A DNA stretch of 64,000 nt from NCBI GenBank assembly GCA_964603385.1, contig CAZRUS010000009.1:9279-73278 (forward strand), in the 5' to 3' direction. The first letter of the stretch is position 1; each line of letters begins with the position of its first letter. Source of the stretch: an uncultured Anaerolineales bacterium (GTDB lineage: Bacteria; Chloroflexota; Anaerolineae; Anaerolineales; UBA11858). Of the stretch, positions 56,573-64,000 are shown piece after piece. A model generated the notes under the pieces. That model had not been told where the DNA came from. It searched no databases and saw only the letters and a program-made list of their open reading frames with translations. A program made the position numbers and the translations under genes.

Positions 56573-57283
56573 CTACAGCGGTCTTTTTCCCGGAGTTCCT
56601 ACTCTGCGGGGATATTTCTCCGGGGTGGTGGCCTGCTTGTGAATGGTGATCAGGTAGCGTTCTTCAACCACGCCGGGCAGGGTCACCTTTTTGATCTGCT
56701 GCAAATCTCCCCCCAGCAAAGACACCGCAGACTGGGCCTGATGGGCCTCGTGGGGCCCCTGTTCTCCTTTCATGGCCAGCGCCTTCCCCCCGACCCTGAC
56801 CAGGGGAAGCAGATACTCACTCAGCGTGGACAGATGGGCCACCGCCCGGGCGATCGCCCAGTCATACCGCTCCCGATACGCTGGCTGCTGTCCCAAATGC
56901 TCAATCCGGGCGCGCTCTACCTGGATTCCCGGAAGCTGCAGCACATCGATAACATGCCGGCAGAACTCAGTTTTTTTTCTCACCGAATCCACCAGGGTCA
57001 CCTGCAGATCGGGGAGGAGGATTTTCAGAGGGATCCCTGGAAAACCCGCTCCGGTGCCCACATCGATGACCCGCTGGCCCGGGGATCCTTTCATCACCAG
57101 ATAGGGGGAAAAAGAATCCAGAAAGTGCTTCACGCGAACTTTTTCCGGCTCGACGATGGCGGTGAGGCTGTAGCGTTGATTCCACTCGTCCAGCTCTCTG
57201 GCGTAGATCTTCAGGCAGGCCAGCTGCTTGTCCGTCAGGGTCACTCCAATCAAATCTCTGGTTTCATTTATCAAAGCGTCCAT
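56573..57283 (-). CDS. rsmG: 16S rRNA m7G527 methyltransferase
   Basis: KHFLDS, DVGTGAGFPG, ARAVA and KYPRRVG. Confidence 0.96.
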   Translation of the reverse strand: MDALINETRDLIGVTLTDKQLACLKIYARELDEWNQRYSLTAIVEPEKVRVKHFLDSFSPYLVMKGSPGQRVIDVGTGAGFPGIPLKILLPDLQVTLVDSVRKKTEFCRHVIDVLQLPGIQVERARIEHLGQQPAYRERYDWAIARAVAHLSTLSEYLLPLVRVGGKALAMKGEQGPHEAHQAQSAVSLLGGDLQQIKKVTLPGVVEERYLITIHKQATTPEKYPRRVGTPGKRPL

Positions 57284-57315
57284 CGCTCACCATTATACAG
57301 GATGGGGGTTGAGAT

Positions 57316-57348
57316 AAAAAAATCTGGCCCCGGTTTTCAGGGGCCAGA
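57316..57348 (-). terminator. Intrinsic terminator after the DUF4349 gene
   Basis: 9-bp stem tctggcccc/ggggccaga with a T7 tract on the minus strand. Confidence 0.8.
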
Positions 57349-57368
57349 GACATGGCGAAGAATCCGGG

Positions 57369-58295
57369 CTACTCCTGCTGTTTTTCCTCTTCCTGATCCT
57401 TTTTTCTGCGGCTGAACAGCCTTTTAAGCCCTTTCCAGATCCAGCGGATGGGGAAGTAAAGGATCAGCACGACCGGTACAATGTAGATCAGCAGCCAGAT
57501 GAGAGCATCCCCAAAGAATTCCAGGGTGTTAATTAATGCTTGAATGGCCCGCTTGGCAACTCCAACCGGCTGCCAGCCGCCAATCTGAAGGGGCTGAACC
57601 GCCTCATTGGCCTGAATGCTGACCGAGATGGCGGAGAGAGCAGCGGCCTGCTGATAATACTGCATCTGACCTTTGATAATTTCAATCTCTTCCCGGACTT
57701 CAACCAGCTGGTTATAAACACTGAGCACTTCCTCTGTCCGGATGGCGTCCTTCATAATCTCGGTTAGCTGCTCTTCGGTATTTTCCAGATTGCGGAGACG
57801 CGATGAGAGATCTGTGTACTCTTGAGTGACATCCTCCCCGGTTACCGTCTCGCTGAGGATATCTCCTGCCCCGGATTTAATCACTTGCAAAGCCTGATCC
57901 AATCGTTCGGCGGGTACCCGGATGGTAATATTCGCTTCCGGGACCTCCAGACCCCGGTCGGTTCGGGTCTGATAGAGATTGGATGAGACCACAAAGCCGC
58001 CCATCTCGTCCGCCATCTGGCTGATGGCATCCATGGTGGCCGATGGGTCCTCAACCACGATGGACAGGGAGGCATTTTTTATCACCAACCGCCCTTCCTG
58101 GCCCCCGTCAGTTAGCGAGGAGCTCCGGGATGGTTCATAGCTGACCTCAGCTTCCGGGGCATAGGCCTCGCCGCCGAAATCAGCATTCTTTCCCTGCGGG
58201 GGGATCGATTCACTCATCGTCTGGTTGAAGGGAGAACTTCCACAGGCTGTCAGCAGCAACGAGATCAGCCCCAGCAACAGCAATCTTTTAAACAT
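57369..58295 (-). CDS. DUF4349-domain lipoprotein
   Basis: Lipobox LLTAC, IRVPAERLD, EDVTQEY.D...RL.NLE...L, ISVSI and a C-terminal TM. Confidence 0.88.
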   Translation of the reverse strand: MFKRLLLLGLISLLLTACGSSPFNQTMSESIPPQGKNADFGGEAYAPEAEVSYEPSRSSSLTDGGQEGRLVIKNASLSIVVEDPSATMDAISQMADEMGGFVVSSNLYQTRTDRGLEVPEANITIRVPAERLDQALQVIKSGAGDILSETVTGEDVTQEYTDLSSRLRNLENTEEQLTEIMKDAIRTEEVLSVYNQLVEVREEIEIIKGQMQYYQQAAALSAISVSIQANEAVQPLQIGGWQPVGVAKRAIQALINTLEFFGDALIWLLIYIVPVVLILYFPIRWIWKGLKRLFSRRKKDQEEEKQQE

Positions 58296-58363
58296 GATTT
58301 TCTCTCCTTGATCAGGTGTCGTCAGTATTAATTATGACGCCTGCAGCTTCAAAAAAGTTCCCC

Positions 58364-59092
58364 TTACCACCCTAAATCCAACCGCTGAATATACTCCCTG
58401 GGCAGTCCTGCCAGGGACATTCTTCTTTGAACTGCCTCAATGTCGTAAGCGATGCGGTGCTGCGTCCAGCGGTTCTTCTCACCGTCATAAATGGCATAGG
58501 CAGCCCGCGGATCATGATCCCTGGGCTGACCGACCGACCCGGGATTGGCGATGGTTTTCCCGTTCAACGACAGGGATTGATGATCCTTACAAAAATCCAC
58601 CCGCGCCTGGCCATTTTTCTCGCTCAGTGTATACACCACAGGGAGGTGTGAATGACCCACAAAACAGTTGGCAGTTGAAAAATATTCAAAGTTTGCCTGA
58701 GCAGTATAGATATCCATGATATATTCCCAGATTGGATCCCGGGGACTTCCATGTGCCAGGGTGATCCCCTCAAATTCCTGCACAGGCTGGAGTTGTTTTA
58801 TGTAATGATGATGGGTGGGATTGAGCTGGTCGGCGGTCCACTGCAGAACTTCCTGTGCGGCGTAATTGAACTTGGCTTGTTCCGTCAGCCCCACCACCGC
58901 ACTATCATGATTGCCCCGCAGACAGATCAATCCCGGCAGATCCCGGATGATTGCCATGCAGTCATTGGGGTCAGGTCCGTAGCCGATGATATCTCCCAGA
59001 CACCACACAGCATCGATCTTCCCTGCATCCTCAAGGACCGTTTCCAGGGCGGTTCGATTTCCATGAATGTCTGAGATAACCAGCACTCTCAT
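58364..59092 (-). CDS. Calcineurin-like metallophosphoesterase
   Basis: SDIHGN, LGDIIGYG, GNHD, HGSP, GHSH and NPGSVGQPRD. Confidence 0.92.
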   Translation of the reverse strand: MRVLVISDIHGNRTALETVLEDAGKIDAVWCLGDIIGYGPDPNDCMAIIRDLPGLICLRGNHDSAVVGLTEQAKFNYAAQEVLQWTADQLNPTHHHYIKQLQPVQEFEGITLAHGSPRDPIWEYIMDIYTAQANFEYFSTANCFVGHSHLPVVYTLSEKNGQARVDFCKDHQSLSLNGKTIANPGSVGQPRDHDPRAAYAIYDGEKNRWTQHRIAYDIEAVQRRMSLAGLPREYIQRLDLGW

Positions 59093-59191
59093 ATCAAATT
59101 CCATCCTCCCCGCTGCGGGTTGAGCATCTGCTGCCAGAATCGAACGGGCAGCAAACCTGCCCCCTTCCCCCTGCTGCCGCGGCTAATACGG

Positions 59192-59647
59192 CTAATGAGC
59201 TGCCGGCCGGTGTGCCAGCTGAATGAGCACAATGCCAATAACGATAGCCATCAGCCCCAGTGCGATTTTTAGATCAATTTTTTGAGTGCCGGCGATCAAT
59301 CCGGTCACCGTACCGGCAATCGGAGAAAAGGCGAAGGCAATTGCCAGGGTAACACCAAGGTTTTCGGTCAAGGAAAGGGAGGAATAGAAGCTCCACATGC
59401 CTATACTACCCGCAATCACACCCCCGCCGATGGCAACCATCAACCAGGCTTTGATATTGCCGGGATTTTCAATTTGCTTCCAGGCGGGAATGGACAGGGT
59501 CCCCAGAATGACCAGCGCTATCACCGTCCGCAGCGTAATGCCAGCGATCGGAGGCAGTTTCAAGGCCTGCAGGCCTGTCTTTTCAAAGAATCCACCCAGC
59601 CCCCAGGCAACGCCTGCCAGTACTGCGTAGATGATATAGGAACCCAT
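59192..59647 (-). CDS. Single-repeat EamA/DMT small membrane transporter
   Basis: 151 aa with ~5 hydrophobic helices; AWGLGGFFEK.GL. SD aggag. Confidence 0.75.
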   Translation of the reverse strand: MGSYIIYAVLAGVAWGLGGFFEKTGLQALKLPPIAGITLRTVIALVILGTLSIPAWKQIENPGNIKAWLMVAIGGGVIAGSIGMWSFYSSLSLTENLGVTLAIAFAFSPIAGTVTGLIAGTQKIDLKIALGLMAIVIGIVLIQLAHRPAAH

Positions 59648-59838
59648 GTCATTCTCCTTGCAAAGTAGACCCTAAAACACGAATAGTATACCTTATCCTG
59701 GCGGTTTATTATACAGCACAATTGACCTTCTTCACCCCGGCTGGGGACCACTGGGGAAGTGGTATGAAGCTTGCAATCCTTGTTAAAGGACCCCACTTTC
59801 GACAGAATGCTAACTTAAAGGTAAAATATCTCTGAAAT

Positions 59839-61344
59839 ATGACTCGTAGGCTATGGATGTTCATTGGTTGTCTGGTTATCATCCTCAGTGCATGCACAAA
59901 AACTGCCCACACTGCACCGTATATCAACTTCTCAAAAACCTATCGAAACACCGAAACAGCCCCTACCAGCGATCCCTATCTACCTCCGACCCGGCAGCCT
60001 GACCAGCCCATCCAGACCCCCACCCCGAATCGGCCCAAACCAGTGCCCACCCTGCGAACTCAGGATACAATCTATTACGTCCGGCAGGGGGACACTTTAA
60101 AATCCATTGCCCTTCGCTATCAACTGCTCCCCGAACAGATTATTGACGCCAATCAAATCACCAATCCGAATCTGATCTATGCCGGCCAGCAGCTGCTTCT
60201 GCCGGCCCCTGTTATCGGCAAAACAGGTCCCAGCTTTAAAATCATCCCCAATTCGGAGCTGGTTCTGGGACCCTACACTGTGCGGTTCAACCCCGCTTCC
60301 TTTATTGAAAATCAGGGCGGCCAACTGGCAGTCCATGAAGAGGAAGTTGAGGGGGAAATCGCCAGCGGTGCAGAGATCGTGGAACGGATCGCCTGGGACT
60401 ATTCGGTCAATCCCCGGCTGCTGCTGACCCTCATCGAGCATCAGGCAGGATGGGTGACCGGCGGCGGCAATCCGGATGCCCCTTACCCGCTGGGATTTCA
60501 GGAAGTCGGTTATGAGGGGTTGTACCGGCAGCTTTCCTGGGCTGCCAACGAACTCAACCGCGGATATTATCTCTGGAAAGCCAAAGCTGTTGGCAGCTGG
60601 ATCACCACAGACGGCGTGAATGTGCCCATTGACAGCACGATTAATGCCGGGACAGCCGGTCTGCAGCAGGTCTTCTCCCAGCTTCAGACTCATCAACAAT
60701 GGCTGAAAACCATGTCAGAAGACGGTCTGATCAACACCTACCAGCGCTTGTTTGGCTACCCGTTTGATTTCACTTTCAGCCCGCTGCTGCCGTCAGATCT
60801 GCAGCAGCCGAAATTGCAGCTTCCCTTTGAACCCGGGGTGACCTGGGCCTTCACCGGCGGCCCGCACGGCGGCTGGGGGAACGGTTCTGCCTGGGCAGCG
60901 CTGGACTTTGCTCCCCCGCCGGGGAACCAGGGCTGCACCCTTAGCAACGAATGGGTGGTGGCGGCGGCTGACGGCATGATTGTTCAATCTGACCGCGGGG
61001 CGGTGGTTCAAAGCCTGGACGGAGACCCTTATATGCAGACCGGTTGGTCCCTGCTGTACTTGCACATTGAAAGCCGGGACCGCGTCGAGGCCGGCACCTA
61101 CCTGTATGCAGGAGATCGAATTGGCCATCCCTCCTGTGAGGGCGGGATCTCCACCGGCACGCACCTCCATCTGGCGCGGCGGTATAATGGCGAATGGATT
61201 CCCGCTGACCAGCATATCCCCTTTAACCTGGAGGGCTGGATTTCTGGCAGTTCAGGCAGTGAATATCAGGGAACCCTGCACCGGGGTGGGACCACCCTTA
61301 AAGCTGATGATTATCTGACCGATAGCAACCAGATTACCCGCTGA
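59839..61344 (+). CDS. LysM lipoprotein with LasA-type (M23A) peptidase domain, copy 1
   Basis: Lipobox LSAC, LysM (YYVRQGDTL..IA), NPRLLLTLIE, H-x12-D (GPHGGWGNGSAWAALD) and CEGGISTGTHLH. Confidence 0.85.
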   Translation: MTRRLWMFIGCLVIILSACTKTAHTAPYINFSKTYRNTETAPTSDPYLPPTRQPDQPIQTPTPNRPKPVPTLRTQDTIYYVRQGDTLKSIALRYQLLPEQIIDANQITNPNLIYAGQQLLLPAPVIGKTGPSFKIIPNSELVLGPYTVRFNPASFIENQGGQLAVHEEEVEGEIASGAEIVERIAWDYSVNPRLLLTLIEHQAGWVTGGGNPDAPYPLGFQEVGYEGLYRQLSWAANELNRGYYLWKAKAVGSWITTDGVNVPIDSTINAGTAGLQQVFSQLQTHQQWLKTMSEDGLINTYQRLFGYPFDFTFSPLLPSDLQQPKLQLPFEPGVTWAFTGGPHGGWGNGSAWAALDFAPPPGNQGCTLSNEWVVAAADGMIVQSDRGAVVQSLDGDPYMQTGWSLLYLHIESRDRVEAGTYLYAGDRIGHPSCEGGISTGTHLHLARRYNGEWIPADQHIPFNLEGWISGSSGSEYQGTLHRGGTTLKADDYLTDSNQITR

Positions 61345-61348
61345 AAAC

Positions 61349-62950
61349 GTGAAACGATTAAACTGCTTCCTCCTGCTGATTTTGATGTTCGCCTCCACAG
61401 GCTGCCGCCTGTATTACTCCCGGCCGCCTGTTTTCGTCCCGCCGGTAGGCTACACAGCTACCCCGGTCCCTGTCGAGGAGGTCCAGCCCACCTCACAGCA
61501 GCCCACGGAAGCAATCTCCACTCCAGAAACAGCCCCCACCACCCCGGCCCTTTCTCCCACACCAGCCCCAACAGAGCCGCCGCCGCCCACGAAGACGCTG
61601 GTTCCCACGCCGGAAGTTGAGCTGGAGCCGATTGTCTATCAAGCGCAGGCAGGAGATACGCTCTCCGTTGTGGCCACGCACTTCGGCGTATCCAAAGACC
61701 AGATCCGCTATCAGGGCACTCTCCCCGATGATTCCTTTATTAACCCTGGAACCAGGCTGGTCATCCCCCAGGTCTTGATCAATACCACCTCGGGGACCCA
61801 CCTGCTGCCGGACAGTGAATTCGTCAATTCCCGGGCTGTAGAGGACTCAGATTTTCCCGCAGATCCTGTCCGTTTTGTGGAGGAAGCTGGCGGTTATCTG
61901 AGCATCCCCCGGGAATATCAGCACACCACCTTGATCAACGGCGGGGAGATCGTTAAGCAAATTGCTGAGAACAACTCGATCAATCCCTTTCTGCTGCTGG
62001 CGCTGCTGGAATACCAGAGCAATTGGGTGTACGGCGAGCCGCAGAATCTGGTTCAATTGAAATACCCGCTGGGAGAGATCGATTATCAACAGGAAGGGCT
62101 GGTCTACCAGCTGCGCTGGGCGGTCAATCAGCTCTCCATTGGGTATTACGGATGGCGGGAAGGCCGGCTGACCGAGATCTACCTGCGGGATTCAGAAAAC
62201 CCTTCTCAGATGGTAACCGCCCGGATTGATCCCACCCTGAACGCAGGCACTGTCGCTCTGCAGTATTATTTCTCCCAGATCTATGACAGTGAAGAATGGA
62301 TCCAGGCCCTGGATGAGAACACGGGATTTATGGCCACTTATCGATCCCTGTTCGGCGACCCAGCCAACCGCCGGGAATATGAACCGCTGTTCTCTCACAA
62401 CCTTGAACAGCCTCCCCTGGAACTGCCCTTCACTCCCGGAACCGTCTGGAACTACACCGGGGGACCGCACGGCGCCTGGGAGGGAGAAGGGTCCTGGGCA
62501 GCGATTGACTTCGCTCCCTCGGGATTTGGGGGGGAATGCTCCCGCTCCTTTGCCTACGTCACCGCATCAGCGCCCGGCCTGGTCATCCGGGCCGAGGACG
62601 GCGCGGTCGAGCTGGACCTCGACGGGGACGGGGATACCCGGACCGGCTGGGTGCTGCTCTATCTGCACATCGCCACCCAGGGAAGATTGGTGCAGGTGGG
62701 AGATTGGGTGGAAACCGGGGATAAACTGGGCCATCCCTCCTGTGAAGGGGGAAGGTCCACCGGCACCCATGTGCACATGGCCAGAAAATACAACGGGGAG
62801 TGGATGGCTGCCAACGGCCCCATCCCCCTGGTGCTCAGCGGCTGGGCCGCCCAAAACGGCAGTAAACCTTACGCAGGCACCCTGATCAAAGATGGGCAAA
62901 TGATAAGAGCGAGCTCCTACAGCGCACCGGGAAGCCAGATTTCGCGGTAA
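61349..62950 (+). CDS. LysM lipoprotein with LasA-type (M23A) peptidase domain, copy 2
   Basis: Lipobox-like STGC, LysM (YQAQAGDTL), NPFLLLALLEYQS, H-x12-D (GPHGAWEGEGSWAAID) and CEGGRSTGTHVH. Confidence 0.85.
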   Translation: MKRLNCFLLLILMFASTGCRLYYSRPPVFVPPVGYTATPVPVEEVQPTSQQPTEAISTPETAPTTPALSPTPAPTEPPPPTKTLVPTPEVELEPIVYQAQAGDTLSVVATHFGVSKDQIRYQGTLPDDSFINPGTRLVIPQVLINTTSGTHLLPDSEFVNSRAVEDSDFPADPVRFVEEAGGYLSIPREYQHTTLINGGEIVKQIAENNSINPFLLLALLEYQSNWVYGEPQNLVQLKYPLGEIDYQQEGLVYQLRWAVNQLSIGYYGWREGRLTEIYLRDSENPSQMVTARIDPTLNAGTVALQYYFSQIYDSEEWIQALDENTGFMATYRSLFGDPANRREYEPLFSHNLEQPPLELPFTPGTVWNYTGGPHGAWEGEGSWAAIDFAPSGFGGECSRSFAYVTASAPGLVIRAEDGAVELDLDGDGDTRTGWVLLYLHIATQGRLVQVGDWVETGDKLGHPSCEGGRSTGTHVHMARKYNGEWMAANGPIPLVLSGWAAQNGSKPYAGTLIKDGQMIRASSYSAPGSQISR

Positions 62951-62962
62951 AATAGTCCCGTT

Positions 62963-64000
62963 ATGAAGGTTCTGCTGGAAAAACGACTGGGCATATCCCG
63001 CTTGCTGATCCTGCTGGTGCTGCTGCCCGCTGTGCTGCTGACTTCCTGTCAGCCGCAGGCGACAGTGGAAACCACGCCCTTCCCCACCCCACAAACACCG
63101 ACACCGGCTGTTTCTCCCACACCGATCCCAAAGCGCCCGGCTTACTCCCCGGGTGAGCTGGTGGAATACACCGCCCAGGCCGGGGACACGCTGAAAAACC
63201 TGGCCTGCCGGTTTAACACCACCCCGGAGGAAATTTTAACAGCCAACCCCATCATTCCCGCAGAAGTCACCACCCTTCCCCCCGGTCTCCCCATGGAAAT
63301 TCCTGTTTACTATCAAACCCTGTGGGGGACGGCATATCAAATCCTTCCCAACAGCGTATTCGTCAACGGGCCCGCCGAACAGGGCTTTGATGTCATCGAA
63401 TATGTCAACAGCCAGCCCGGCTGGCTGCGGGCGCATGAGCAGTACGCCGGTGGGAAGCAGCGCACCGGCGCTGAGATCATCGACTATATCGCCTCCCATT
63501 TCAGCATCAGCCCCCGACTGCTGCTGGCCCTGCTCGAATATCAAACCGGCGCGCTAAGTGATCCTGCCCCCCCGGAAGATATCGACGCCTATCCGCTCGG
63601 GTACGACTCAACCGGTTACCACGGCCTCTACATCCAACTGGTCTGGGCAGCAAACTCGCTCAATCAAGGCTATTACGGCTGGCTGACCGGCCATTTGAAT
63701 ACCCTGGAGTTTTCTGATCAAACCATCCAGCGCCCTGACCCCTGGCAAACAGCAGCTACCGTCGCATTGCATTATTATTTCTCTCAGATCCTGCCCCCAA
63801 AAGAATTTGATCAGGTGGTGGGGCCTGAAGGCTTTATCCACACCTACCAGATGCTCTTTGATGACCCCTGGACAACCCCCCCGCACATACCTGGCAGTCT
63901 GCAGCAGCCGGAGATGCAGCTGCCCTTTGACCACAATAAAACCTGGGCTCTCACCGGCGGTCCTCACACCGCCTGGGGCCGGGGAGATCCCTGGGCCGCC
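62963..64000 (+). CDS. LysM lipoprotein with LasA-type peptidase domain, copy 3 (3'-truncated by the window edge; absent from the ORF track)
   Basis: Translated by hand: MKVLLEKR...LLTSC lipobox, YTAQAGDTL LysM, SPRLLLALLEYQT, ending QLPFDHNKTWALTGGPHTAWGRGDPWAA. Confidence 0.85.
   Translation, partial: MKVLLEKRLGISRLLILLVLLPAVLLTSCQPQATVETTPFPTPQTPTPAVSPTPIPKRPAYSPGELVEYTAQAGDTLKNLACRFNTTPEEILTANPIIPAEVTTLPPGLPMEIPVYYQTLWGTAYQILPNSVFVNGPAEQGFDVIEYVNSQPGWLRAHEQYAGGKQRTGAEIIDYIASHFSISPRLLLALLEYQTGALSDPAPPEDIDAYPLGYDSTGYHGLYIQLVWAANSLNQGYYGWLTGHLNTLEFSDQTIQRPDPWQTAATVALHYYFSQILPPKEFDQVVGPEGFIHTYQMLFDDPWTTPPHIPGSLQQPEMQLPFDHNKTWALTGGPHTAWGRGDPWAA

Overview
A ~64 kb, GC-rich, densely coding chromosomal window. 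Gene content and protein style suggest an anaerobic Chloroflexota bacterium, probably Anaerolineae (inference; no rRNA marker is present). No rRNA, tRNA, CRISPR array, integrase or transposase was found. Housekeeping genes include ileS (with an Ile T-box), tyrS, ftsK, lgt, lspA, a RluD-like synthase, punA, ltaE, rnz, def, recF, rsmG, comEA, ftcD, kynU and a phosphohexomutase. There is also a DtxR-controlled split-FeoB iron/manganese uptake locus and several transporters. Main points of interest: (1) a tightly coupled 8-gene operon (43.5-51.5 kb) pairing a GlmL/MutL-type ASKHA (actin-fold) protein with five membrane proteins, an acidic Trp-repeat scaffold among them and an LPDTG-tailed surface protein, with no B12 mutase in the window; this is the best candidate for an uncharacterised membrane machine; (2) a decayed gene (5.7-7.3 kb) that reassembles, across 3 frameshifts and 3 in-frame stops, into a CBS-like / Cys-motif / Ras-Roc-type GTPase fusion; (3) a ~195 nt rod-like candidate ncRNA, possibly 6S, at 8.2-8.4 kb; (4) an IleRS2 with the non-canonical GVHH signature; (5) three tandem LysM lipoproteins carrying LasA-type (M23A) peptidase domains; (6) a membrane-anchored DtxR-FeoA-FeoA protein and a FeoB split at one in-frame TGA. 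All family calls come from reading motifs by eye; no database search or folding program was run.
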